DNA of 64,000 bases from Amoeboaphelidium protococcarum X5. Its lineage: Eukaryota > Fungi > Aphelidiomycota. The stretch is taken from contig JALDTO010000246.1 of assembly GCA_023515725.1 (NCBI GenBank), forward strand, positions 92,677 to 156,676, in the 5' to 3' direction. The notes beneath the pieces were generated by a model that had not been told where the DNA came from, did no database searches, and saw nothing but the letters and a program-made list of their open reading frames with translations. Both the position numbers and the translations under genes were made by a program. Of the stretch, positions 28,324 through 42,101 are shown one piece after another (the stretch's first letter is position 1; each line of letters begins with the position of its first letter).

Positions 28324-31245
28324 ATGAGTGCCATCTAGTTATCGGATACTTCGTCTTGCTCGTCCGTTGCTTATAGAGAAATCGACTCCGTGTTTGTTTT
28401 GGCATGTATGCCCACTCTATATGGTAATCAGTTGGTATTCGTCAACGCTACGAATCTCTCTATTATCCAGCAGGTTAACTGGGCTGTGCTCTCAGAATAT
28501 GATTACCTTTTGTATGTAGCCATTAATCAAACTACCGGTAATGCTGTTGCTGTTGGCTCTTGTTTTACTGGTATTAACTACAACGCAGCGGTGTCTTTAG
28601 TGAGTAGGAATGGTTCTGTGATTTCTACCAGAAATTTTGGCGGTAACGGTGATGGAATTCAGGTGTCAAGCGCAGTGTCTATTAATCCAATTAGTGGCGA
28701 AATATACATAGGTGGTAGTGCCTCAGGACTAATTGCGTCGGCACAGACAGTGTAAGTCAATGGCGGTAATTCTAATAATTTGTTTATTGCGAAATTTACT
28801 GCAGATGCCTCAAGCATGGTCTGGGTCAAATAGTTTGGCAATTTTGCAGGTTCAGATTCAGTTTTTTCTGTAGTAACAGATTCTGATACGGTCTACATAG
28901 GTGGTGGTATATATTAAGGCAGTTACTATAGAGGCTTTATAAATGCCTTCAATGCTAACAATGGAGACGTCAGATGGAATTAAAGTTCATACCATCTAAG
29001 TAGTTCGTAAGGACTAACCATAATGCATCTTCAGCTCATTGGTGACGATTTGTACGCTGGTGGTTAATACAGAGGGGCTTTTTATAGTCTCTCAGCTGCT
29101 GTGGACAGTCCCTTCATTCTCAGATTATATGCTAGTAGTGGTACAATTGATAGCACATGGCGCTATCAAACTAATGAAACAAGTCTTCTTCAGTTATCTG
29201 CATTTAATGTCGATACTTCATTGGATAGAATTATAATTGCTGGCAAAGCCTTATCCTCGGATTTTATTAAGGTGGTGTCCATGAATGGTGCAATGATTAA
29301 CTCTTCCATCGTTTCGTCTAATGGCTATATAAAATAAAGTGCCCTGGACAGTATGCAGTAGAAAATGCTGGTGGTTGGTGTTGACTAGGCTACTTCAAAA
29401 GGATATTTTGCTGCAATTAATTATGTCGATTTTATTAGTGTGCCAACTGCCACCTCTACGTCCTCTATCCCACTGTAAGTAACCGCGTCTGTTCCCACAA
29501 CAACAACTACTACTACAGCTACAACTACAGCTACGACAACTAGTGCAACTACTAGCGTAACGATAATAACGACAGTATCAAGTGTAGCATCTAGCTCTGG
29601 GAGTAGCGTCGCCTCTACGTCCTCTATCCCACTGTAAGTAACCGCGTCTGTTCCCACAACAACAACTACTACTACAGCTACAACTACAGCTACGACAACT
29701 AGTGCAACTACTAGCGTAACGATAATAACGACAGTATCAAGTGTAGCATCTAGCTCTGGGAGTAGCGTCGCGTCCACCACTCTTTCAGACACTGCTGTAT
29801 AGCCTTCTGCGACTAGCTATGCGGCAAATTAATCTTCTGCTACTTTTGAAAGCAACTTTGCATCTGTTAGTTCTACGGAGTCCATCTCTGCATCATTGAT
29901 ATTGCCTCTGACAATTTCATTGAGTAAATCTGTCTAAGCATCTTAAGTAGAGAGCATAAATGTTCTGGAGTTGACAAGCACAGTGTCGATTGTCAAAGTC
30001 ACAACATCCTCAGCCAACAGTAGATCGTAAGTGCCCTCCAGTGTTAATGCAGTTAACACCTAGTCTAGCTCAAATTAGATTGTGTTTCTAACAAATTCAA
30101 TCTAAAATTTCAAGTCTAGCTTAACATCTACAGGAACGATTATAAATGGTGTTCAAGATCAACAACAAGCCAATGGTTTTAACAGTACTATCTGGATTGC
30201 TGCGGGAGCTGGAGGTCTTTTTTTTGTAGTTATTTGCTTCGTTGTAGTTTTGTTGGCATGTAGAAGAAGGTCCAGCGGTAGAAAATAATTCATGAATTAG
30301 TTCCAAAATGTCACAAGTGCGTCGTATTCAGGTCAGGATGCCACTGGATTCACGGTGTAAAATACCAGTGCATCTGAAGCTACGACTGCAAGCAAAGCTC
30401 TTGCTGATAGAACTACTCTTACATTCAATTCTACTTAGATGAATACGACATGGATGTCTGGTACTACCTGGCTGCGCACTGAAGCTGAGATTGCAATTCC
30501 GGGGTATCTGAAATTCTAGTATCTTACTGATTTCAAGCCTGGAAGACTAATCGCTGCCGGTGGAAGTGGCCTCATTTATGTGTGTTAGCTTGTGAATACA
30601 GAACTGCAACAGAGAGCAAATAATGTATCAACCATCGTCAAGGTGATGTAAGATCAGAATAATGAAGGGCAAATGTCAGCATTTTATCAGGAGCTGTCGC
30701 TTCTGTGGTACTTTCGCGATAATCCATACATTGCCAAGATGGTTGCTTTTGCATCTGCACCTCCGTGCATCATAATGAAACAATATTAGTCTGGATCATT
30801 GGTCGATGTGCTATCAGGCAAGTCTGATGTCTGCCGCTATGTTAACGGTCGATCTGTAGCTGGATATTTGAAGATCATTAAGGATGTTTCTTTAGGCTTG
30901 CAGGCCATCCATGCAGCTCAAATTGCTCACTGCGACATGAAATCTGGCAATATATTGATTGACTTTGATGACTATTATGGATTATCTGCGGTGATTACCG
31001 ACTTTGGGCTGTCCAGGATTATTGATCCTCAGTCGATGCTGGTGAGGGAATTTGTAGTATCAAAGTTGAAGGGTGGGTCATTTGCTTACGCTGCGCCAGA
31101 AGTCTACTTGATGCTTGACTAATCGACGTTCACGGTGTCTAATTTGAGTAAAAGACCGAATGGTACTTTAGTTAAAGCCTCGGATGTGTACGCGTTCTCT
31201 GTTGTAATTTACGAATGCCTACATAGAAAATTGGCATGGAAATGA
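28324..31245 (+). CDS. receptor-like protein kinase, tandem paralog of 25328-27892
   Basis: WVKQFGN propeller motif, Thr-rich stalk, TM ~30190-30260, GGSGLIY, HCDMKSGNILI, DFGLS, YAAPE. Start uncertain: a signal-like hydrophobic stretch lies upstream in frame. Confidence 0.88.
29453..29771 (+). repeat. perfect 159-bp (53-codon) tandem duplication in the kinase stalk
   Basis: cctctacgtcctctatcc...gagtagcgtcg occurs at 29453-29611 and 29612-29770. Confidence 0.95.
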
Positions 31246-31368
31246 ATGAATGAAAGTTGATGAACATGTAAGAATGGGAATGAAATAGTTTTGAGTGACA
31301 GAAATAGTTATAGAAATAAAATAGATTCGTAAATATTTTCACATCTTGTCTTGATTAATGCTTAAGAT

Positions 31369-32460
31369 TCATATTCGAATTATCTTTATACAGCTGTGTG
31401 ATCGCGGCTCTATCGATCCTCCACAAACATCGAGTTCCTGATCAAATATTCGCGAACCTGAGCAGGTGGCAATCAATCGCTAACTTTGAGGATTTACTGA
31501 GACACATGAGAGATTTGACTAATGTAGTGTAACAGATTATAACTATTGAGCCTCATCATTTCGAAAAGTAGATTATGTAAGAGCACCGCTATCATCACCA
31601 TAAAGCAAAGATTCACTCCCAGTATACGGGTCCACTTGTATGTCCATAAACAATCGCTATGTTGTGACAAAGTCGCGTTAAAGCTAGTGCAAAGCATCGT
31701 CCATCCATCGCGTGTCAAATACCTTGATGTCAGTTGAATTTCGATATGAGACACATATCTGAGGCGTAGACTTTGAGAACTTTACTTGATTAACTCCATT
31801 ACATGAACCTTTAAAACAAGTAATCAACCGTTACGATACCAAATCCAAAAGTCCCAAGTTACTCTAAGACGGCTGATTATGAAAAGTACCGATAGCACAC
31901 AGATTATGTAATACCTCAATAGAAGACACCAAACCTTTGACTCCGTCTTGACACTTGCGATTCTCGGTCAATTTTATAACGCCATCATCAGGACCGTACT
32001 TGCCCGGTCGTTATAGATCCAAGAGGCGAATATGATTCTCGTAACCAGCAATAATCTTGCCTCCATCAGAGTTGAATTTCACTCTCAGAGGTCCGAACAA
32101 TTCATCATACTAATTATAAGTGGAATACGAGGCGCGCAAATATCCACCAGATGCATCATATAAACGAACAGGCAGCCTGTTAGAGCACGACATAAAGCAG
32201 CAAGTTTCGGGTACACTACTGTCCATAAGAGGAAACCAATCGTAATCATACACAACAGATTCACCGCGTATCTCCACTACATGAGACTCATCCACACACT
32301 CTATAAATTAATCAAATGGCCGATAGATCCTCACAATTCCATCTTCAGCATTGCTCAAGAGACGTTGCCCATCTGGCGAAAAGTCGACGCGGCTAAAGAA
32401 ATTCTATTGATCCAAATCTAGTGGCGCATTTATCTCTTTAATCGTATCCCACTACATCAT
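31369..32460 (-). CDS. WD40 protein, WRAP53/TCAB1/Swt21-like
   Basis: FSPDGQRLL, GESVVYDYDWFPLMDSSVPETCCF, RASY, QRIYFD-like segment, IATCSGSR. Confidence 0.85.
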
Positions 32461-32644
32461 ACGAGATTTAAGTTGGTTACTCTTAGGTATATTTCAACAC
32501 TGTAAAAACAAAAAAAGAACTGGTATCACAATTGGTATAAATTCAATTGTATCGCAAAATATAATTTTATTATTTCAACTAAAAATATTCCACCTAGAGT
32601 ACTAAATCGCTAACTTCCATATAACCGTAAGATCAATCAATCAA

Positions 32645-33130
32645 TCAATCAGCCTTTGCAGTGGTAGCGGTAGATCCCTTGGACAAAAGCACAGGTCTTA
32701 CCACAGTCTAGTACAAGACAAGTGCACCCTTAGTCTATGGCCATAGCAAGTAAATCAAAGCTGCCAACTTGACAATGTAATAGAAAGGAAACCATTTCTA
32801 GATCATCTCACTAAATACATCCAGCATGGACAAGAATGAGTACAGAACCCAATAGACAAGCAGCTGGCCCTCAGTGTCCTTGTCAGCAGACTTGCTAGTC
32901 AGCAGAGATTCAACAGTGCTGAAAGTCAGAGCAGCAGGGTAGATAAAGCCAATAACATTGACAATGAAAGCTGGTGCGACATTCAGAAAGATGAGGGTCA
33001 GGAGAATGAAGGCAAGAGCAACCACAGCATACACCTTAGGAACTCCAGTCTATTGCTCCAACTATTTCAACACTGGAAATTTGGACAATTCAGCATCCAA
33101 TTTGCTTTAATACATCTAAACTTGATCCAT
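32645..33130 (-). CDS. YOP1: Yop1/REEP ER-shaping protein
   Basis: LDAELSKFPVLKQLEQQTGVPKVY, IGFIYPA, LVYWVLYS, PFYYIVK, GALVLY. Confidence 0.93.
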
Positions 33131-33350
33131 ATTGAGCGATTAATTTTCTTGAAATCAATATAATTTTCTAATTCTGAACAATGAGTTGTTGGAGTAAAAA
33201 TCCGTAATGGAAAGAATGAAGATTGTGTTGTTTGCCACACAGAACAGACAGTAAGGACGACAACGTTCGCGATTCGCCTGACGACCACTTGCGCTCTGAT
33301 TAAGCGAACGACAAAGAACGACAGGGGAAATCAGGGACGCGGTCACATTA

Positions 33351-36195
33351 CAGTTCGTTTCAGTAAAATGTCCGATCACGGAAAAGTGTTTTGGGCACAA
33401 AAAATAATGACGAAGTTTTAAGCACGATACTTCCCTACAACAAATAGTATTAGAACTCGTAATGCGAAGCATACGTGTAATTTGAACAATTATAAGTAAC
33501 TTATGTGACGTCTGTTTAGATAATGCCGCAAAGTTCTCTATTTCATTCTCCAGTGATGGAAAGTGCCAATTTCAAAGCCATCGATTTTAGATTTAAGTAA
33601 TCAAGTGATGGATTATAGTAATAAGAATACTTTTCCTATATATTATGTAGTTTTTGACTTTAGAAATTTTCAAACAGTGCCAAGTAATGAAATTCAATTT
33701 CATCGTTACTAAAAGCGGCTCTTACAGCGGCTAGCAAACTCCAATAACTGACTTGTTGAAAAGGCCTATAAAAGCGCCAGACAGTTCACTATTTCTTCTT
33801 CCTCTTTCTTATCTAACTTCTCATAGATAAGAAGATATGGCAAAGAAAGTAACACGTAAATGCAAACTAAATACTGTCTTGAATCTTAGCGATGGTGATA
33901 AAGAGAGATTGATACCACAGATTCGACTGAGCTCAGTGCACCTCACCTTTGCATCCCGTCTGATCTATCTCAGTCTTAATGTATGGAATGAAGCCGGCAA
34001 GGCACTACCTGAGCTATCTCATTAGCAGTATTTCGCGTCAATGCTGGAGTATCTTTGCAACTCTGCGTTTCATCGTGACAATGAACACACACGAATACTG
34101 GCTGAAACAATCGCTCCTGAAGTGCGATAGAGATTGAGGCACGAAAGCCTGATTGGTCCAAATCCTAACCTGTACGTGTTTCAAGCGCGTAAGATTATTT
34201 AAGCTATCACCTGGCATCTGACTGAAGCTATATGGGTCTACTAGAAGAAGGTGATTAAAGCTTAAATGGAGGCCTTTAATGTAAAAGGCCGAAGGCTTAC
34301 CGTGTTTCTATAGCTGCTCAACTCTTTGCTGACTGAAGAAGCTGTTAACACGATGGAACACTTTGGGGGCGAGTACTTGGAGATTAATCCCGCGACTCAG
34401 ATACATTTGCCTCCTGATTACGATGCTGGTGAAGATGAGGAGACAATTGCGCAATAAGATGCTGCTATTAAGGACGAGTTGCTGCAATTGTTATAAGTTG
34501 AAGAAGTTCGGCACTTGGTCTCAATGCATCGTCACCATTTATTGGATATTGTCACCACTTCTTTTAAAGACAGAGCTCCAAGAAGGAGATACAGTAAAAG
34601 AAAAGCATAATCTCCTAGTCAGCTGCATGGACTCATCGGTTTCAAGCGATAGAAATCGGGTAAGATGAAGTAGCGTGATACCCATCAAACATACATGCCA
34701 TCAAGAGCACACCATGCATTTCAGAATTAGGAGGGCTAGAAAGTTTTGGTCCAATATCTGATGTATTAGCGTTAAACTCTCAAGGAGCTAGGCTTGCCAT
34801 CATTCAAGATTTTCCCTACTGGTACCGATGTTCCGCGCCACATCTGCTTTGACAATAAAGTTTTGGCTCAGTGGGGATTTGAACAGTATCGCCTGGGCAA
34901 TCAGTTGGGGGAGGAGTCGAAAGAGGAGGAGGATCAACGGTAATGTATCCTAAGGCTTAAAGTTTTGGGTCTTTAACAGCGGATGGCTCAATCTAAAAAC
35001 GTCAGTGTCAGTATCACCTCTGATGGTTTTGCGTGCTCCGTGTCTGTTTCAGATTAAGGTGGGAAAGCGTATGCAAATGAAGCTTCAGACCTGCAGAGAA
35101 AAGCACGAAGCATTGACGTGTCTCAAGTAATTGTTGGGGCTTTTGCTTTGGAAAACTGTCGGAATCTCCAACAAAGATTAGATGGCTCTCGATTGATTGG
35201 CGTTGACCCTGGTAAGAAGAACGTACTGGTGTGGGGCGACGACGCGGACGTCGATGGTGCAATTACGCTAAAAGAAGCCAAGAAGGAGCTAAAAGAAACG
35301 GACCACATATCTGCTGGATACTGGTAACGTCTTGCATTGACTACAGAGTCTGAAGCCCATCTGTTGCATATCAAACCAACTGAAATCACGCTGATGGAGT
35401 AAGATATGGCCTAATCAAACACTTGCCAGTAGTATCTCGATGTTTACATCAGATATTTTGAGGACGTCTATGCCTTCTACTCAAGATCATTCCATCGTAA
35501 TTGGAGATTCCGACGATTTTGCGCGACCAAGTCTGCGTTTGGTAAAGTCATCAACATGATGTATGGCAGACCAAAGCCACCAGTGCCTAAAATCAACGAT
35601 CGGCGCCGAGGTAAAGCTGCAAAGAAGAGGAAACGCGAACTGCGTAAATCTAATGGCAAGTTTTCACCTCCAGATAAGCCTCCGGTAATTGCGCTTGGTG
35701 ACGCTGGTGTGAAGCACGTGCGTGGTAATCCTCCTGTTCCGGTGAGAAAATTCGCGTTTGAATTCAGTCGTCGGGCATTGGTAGTTATAACGCCGGAGTT
35801 CCACACTAGCAAGCAGCACTCATTATGTCATGCAGATCTTCAATGGGAGCATGAAGTGGTGATGAGGTGCCGACACAAGAAGGCAAAGAAGATACTGCCT
35901 GGTCGTCGCCGGGCTTAAACTGTCTGCATCAAAGCTGATGGTCCAGAAATCCTATCGTACGAATGTCCTGATCGTTTTAACCGAAGAGTCCAATCAAGAT
36001 TTGGAGTTTGCCCAAACTGCCAAAACACTGGATGTGACGTCTTTGTAGATCGGGACGTTAATGCTTACAGGAGTATGGCTCAAATAGTCCGCCATTACGC
36101 GATGCATGGTAGCAGACCTTAATGGAATTGCCGCGCCGAAAGGCGCGCCTGATATATACAGTAATGTTTGTCGGACAACCCGATGAAATAGACTG
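33351..36195 (+). mobile_element. non-autonomous Tc1/mariner-type TIR element carrying Fanzor1, flanked by TA at 33349-33350 and 36196-36197
   Basis: Left end CAGTTCGTTTCAGTAAAATGTCCGA versus reverse complement of right end CAGTCTATTTCATCGGGTTGTCCGA: 16/25 identical without gaps. Both ends abut TA. No transposase inside. Confidence 0.7.
33837..36152 (+). CDS. Fanzor1 RNA-guided RuvC endonuclease (771 aa)
   Basis: Uninterrupted frame under UAR=Gln. SFKIFP, HICFD, SITSDGFACSV, RuvC-I IGVDPG, IALGDA, RuvC-II PEFHTSK, CPNC, RuvC-III DRDVNA. Confidence 0.93.
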
Positions 36196-36215
36196 TACAG
36201 TATGGAGTGATAGCA
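36130..36215 (+). ncRNA. candidate Fanzor1 omega-RNA (scaffold plus flanking guide)
   Basis: GAAA-tetraloop hairpin CGCGCC-GAAA-GGCGCG (36132-36147) and a long hairpin at 36157-36197 ending at the element boundary; position matches known Fanzor omega-RNAs. Confidence 0.6.
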
Positions 36216-36311
36216 ATAAATGAATAATGAATCCCCGTTACTCGACACGCTTAATAATAATCGTATGACAATAGTTAAAGATTTTAATAAATTGCAAATG
36301 AACAACTCGAT

Positions 36312-38235
36312 TTATTAGCCGTTTACAGACTTACTATTGGCAATATTCAAACTTTTATCCGGCCTATCCAGTTTCAACCGGCGAAGAGACGAGTGAATAG
36401 ACCTGCCTACGCCAAAACGTAATAGAGTAATGAGCACCTGCAATTGGCCTTTAGTCAGACTGGATGCAAATTCATCAAATGTCTAATCAAAATTATGACT
36501 ACTTAGGCGATTGTCGAATAGCTTCTTCAGTCCCAATTTAATTGCATATTTGAGCTAATTGTCAGATGGAGTAACGTATCGCCATTACGCGTCTTGTTGC
36601 AACTGTCGATATTACGATCGTTTATCACTCTTCAAGTACGTATCTACAGCTTTAAGAACAAAATGCAGCTTGTTCTTATGAATCGGAAGGCGAATTTAAT
36701 ACTGAGCTTTAGTGGTCTTAACCTTGCAAACTTTAATGGCCTCATACATCGAAGTGGCAGCGGTCTTTTCAACCACAATCATACTCCCGTCCAACATATT
36801 CAGCACGTATTTCTCAGCTTCCACTTGGATCCAGGCAAGATTATTCATAGCACTTAAAAGTCCACTTTAGCTGTGACTTTCGTTATTAGCTGAAAACAAT
36901 TTCCACTCATCGCCAACCTTTACTTGTTTCAATAGAGTAAGCTAATCAGCTAATTCCTGCTTAATGTCATTAACATCCGTTGTGGAGACGACTTGTTAAC
37001 GTTCGGAATCTAAATTGACACCATCCTCAGTATCAGAGTGCAATCCAAGCAGAGATGGAGAGGTGTATGCCTTATTTCGAGTACAATTATCAACAAAGTC
37101 GAGTACGGTGCAAACTTACTTGCTAGCATGCAGCCTCATACCGCGGCCTACCATTTACTGAAACAAGGTGGCAGATTTGGTGGGACGTGCCATTACTATG
37201 CAGTCAATGTTAGGAATATCAGTTCCTTCAGTCAAGATGGCGCAATTGATTAACACTGGTATTTCGCCAGCTTTAAATTGTTGAATCGACTAAAATCGTT
37301 CTACATTATGTGTCTTGGCAGTAATTACGCGACATGGAATATGACAAAGTTGAAATTGCTGCTGGAGTGCCAAACAATGACCAACATCAACAGCAAACAC
37401 AATAGTAGACTTCAACTGCTTCTCACTGGACACCTATTACCATGACTGAACGACAGCTTGATTTCTCTCTTTAGTATTCACAAGACGAGACAATTCACCC
37501 AAATCATAATCCTCTGCCACCATCTTGATCTTAGCTAGCGATTGCTCCAGATCCACCTCTGCTCTAACACTTTGCACGTTGATATCACACAGCCACCCGT
37601 CCTGTATCATTTCGCGCAAGTCTTTATGATACACAATCTCTTGGAAGACTTTACCAAGACTGATGGCATCGTGTCGCTAAACTGTGGCGGAACATCCCCA
37701 TAGAAGTAGATGAGAATCATCTTGCAAAGCACCAAAATGATCAAAGATTCGCATGTAAGTTGAGGCAGTTGCATGATGAGCTACCTAAACAAAGCCACTC
37801 AATTATAGATATTAATTATGGAACTATCGAAGCGCGTATAGTATTACCTTCATCAATCAATATTGCCTTAAAGTCTAGAGGGTTATACTTTAAGATTCTT
37901 GAAGTTCGGGAGCGTGAAAGAGACTAGACACTTGCGACAATGACATCAGAATCCAAGACATTAGCTTTTCGATTTCCAATATCGATATCGACACGCAAAT
38001 GGGGAGCGAACTTTCTAATTTATGTGTAAGCTTAGCTTATAAGCTCCTGACGATGAGCCAAGACTAATGTTTTAACTGCAGAGGGGGTTGGACTAGGAAT
38101 TTGAGGTATCAGATTGCTAAAGATGACCGTCTTACCAGCGGCAACAGGCAGACTGACAATCTGTCTTTTAATTCCACGCCTAAAAGCAGCCAGCGACTCT
38201 TCAATGCATTACAACTGGTAATTTCGCAACTACAT
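36312..38235 (-). CDS. IRC3: Irc3-like SF2 DEAH helicase, two exons (intron 37781-37847); 3' end uncertain (TAA-TAA at 36312-36317, first in-frame TGA at 35994-35996)
   Basis: [28 protein letters not shown] across a 67-bp intron, [29 protein letters not shown]. Confidence 0.88.
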
Positions 38236-38366
38236 AACTAATCAGATAAGGATGTAGTCTCGAGATGTTTCAATTAAAACGAAGAGGAAAACGATCAAGA
38301 GAAACGCGCAATCTTTAGTGGAAACGGAATCATCACTCATTTAAAGTACAGTATGACAAAAAGTAC

Positions 38367-39539
38367 TCAGGATGTAGAAATGAAATGTTTAGCACGCTTT
38401 AGAATCAGTTCCATGGTGATGACAGCGTCTTCCACCGGGTCGTGTCCTTGGAGCGATTCTTGGATAAACTTTTGCAGATGATCTTTCGACAGCTATTTGA
38501 GAGAGTATCGATATGGTAAACCTTTTGGATGCTTGAACAGAATAGATGTGTCTATACAGTTGCGGTGAATTAACCGTAGAGCTTGTAAATCATTCTCCAG
38601 GGAGTGAGCAGCTAGAATAGTCTCTTTATTCATTAAATGGAAAAGATCTTGTCTCACCTAGTACAAAGATTTCTTTGGTAGTTCATACTTTTGGGGATCA
38701 TCCCACATCTCTTACGTAAGACCACTATATCGAGTGTTAAAATCTACAATATCTCCCTCGGTTTCCACAAGAGTGTTGATCACAACTTTGCAATCGATAT
38801 CAACCGCAACCAGTCGCATAAGTTCCACTCCTTATGTGGTGTAACCCATTTCGCCATCGATAGATAAGATACGATGATCATTCTAAGTACCACATGAATC
38901 TTTCAGATGAGAACTAGAATCTATAAAATCAAAACGCGCTTGCAACTCTTCACATGATTTATACTTGAAAACATGAGGTCCCAATTCACAACCTACCGAA
39001 CCAACAGGAGCATTACAGCAGCCGTACGTTCTGAGATTGCTGCGATTTTTATAAACTTTGGCAGTATGAAATCTGCAAGCTTCCCGCTCACTTGCAGTTA
39101 AAGTCTCTAGTCCTTTGGGAATGAAATACCGCTGACATCTCTCGCATAATCTAACCAATGGATCCACCAGGTGTTACCTACCAAAGGCAGCAGACGGGTA
39201 ATCATACTCGGACATTTGGGCATCAGATAGCTGAAACATCTTTAGTGTATTTATAAGCGATTTATCGGCCAATTTCGCAACTACCTGATTACCACCTTTA
39301 GATGGACTATATTATACTGGCTACTTGCGCAACTTGACCAGAGCCAGAGCGCAATTGTTTCTATATGTCAGAGCGGTTGACGCGTCATGTATCATTGACT
39401 CATGTTCAAGAGATTTTTCGCCCGCTTCAGCTTCATCCTTATCATACAGCCTCAGATACTGCTCATAAAGTTTATTCACAGTGTGCTACCTTTACTTCAC
39501 AGGACATTTGGTCTGTTTCACCACAAGTTTCGGTTACAT
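38367..39539 (-). CDS. REX3/REXO1-like DEDDh RNA exonuclease
   Basis: CERC...CRFH...CC...GC...HVF region; IDGEMGYT, DFNTRYSG, HSLENDL, DTS, GHDPVEDA. Confidence 0.9.
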
Positions 39540-39798
39540 CGATATATTCACTGATGATGATTTTTCTGAAAACGCTTTATCGCACAGCCAATATGGTGAG
39601 AATACGCGCTGTGAATGCCTTGTGCGATGATCGCCTTCGTTCGTTTCGGGGACTATCTGAGATTGAAACACACGCAATCGGCCGGCGCGCGTCTTAAGGT
39701 TAAGGTTCTCGCGCATGAAAAATTATGAACAAAGAATCTTTGCCGTTTTTCTCTTCCCGGTTGAAAGTGAGTAGACACTATATCTATTTAGAGTATAA

Positions 39799-41193
<1,395 letters not shown>

Positions 41194-41660
41194 GTTGAAG
41201 GGAAAAGGAATAATGAGTAGCAGTGAAAGGAAATAATAGTGAAAATTTATGAGACTTGTTGTTTTGAAATTTTGTGTTTAGTCTAATAATATCTCTTCTC
41301 TAGGCTAGAGTGACACACGGTTCTAGTTATTAGGGACTTAACTTTGCGTTTCTAACGCTAATCATTCTAGCAAATGACGCCTATACATTTTTTGGATGAT
41401 CCAAAGCCGCAACAATGCACCTAGGGACATATACTTCTTTGTAAACGTTAAAATTTTGATATTTTATTAAGAAGAGAAGGATTCAAACAACTTGTCACGC
41501 GCTCCGTTTTACTGTCAATGCAAATGTGTGCGATTAATGTGCGCTGCACTAGTAGTGTTATACGATTCTTCTATCTGATCTCGCATATAACCAAATGTGG
41601 ATAAGATTTTGAATTATAAAAATTTGAAGTAAAAAAAATTAATTTAGTTGTTCAAGACCA

Positions 41661-42101
41661 TCAATCAACTTTCCTCTGCTCCAAAACTTAATGAAGCAGG
41701 TTCAAGACATCTTAAATGGCCTTCCTATCCACCTCTCTCTCCTCGTCCGCCTTCTTCCTGTAATTGTCGGCCCTCTCTCTCTCCTCGTCCGCCTTCTTCC
41801 TGTAATTGTCGGCCCTCTCTCTCTCCTCCTCGCCCTTTCGTCTCTCCCCTTCCACCATTCCTCGTAAAGTCTCAATATTACCAGCCAGTTGCGAGACTTT
41901 ACTTTCCAACTCACTTACTCTTGCCACAATCGATTCCAAATTGCGGCTTTCGGCTGATGGATACGTCGCCTGAGCTATTGATGATAGGGGATTTCTAAGG
42001 TTGACACTCAATTAGATAGAGTCGGGATTGACAAAGTCCCCAAAAAAGCTCTCTGAGCTGTCGGACTAATTCGGCGATTGTGTAGGTACAGGTGCAGGCA
42101 T
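41661..42101 (-). CDS. hypothetical coiled-coil protein with a 12-aa repeat (EERERADNYRKKAD)
   Basis: Open frame of 146 aa; 36-bp tandem repeat at ~41735-41830. Confidence 0.55.

Noticed and set aside
29453-29771. Direct repeats here and at 41735-41830 considered as a CRISPR-like array
   Set aside because: They are in-frame coding tandem repeats without unique spacers
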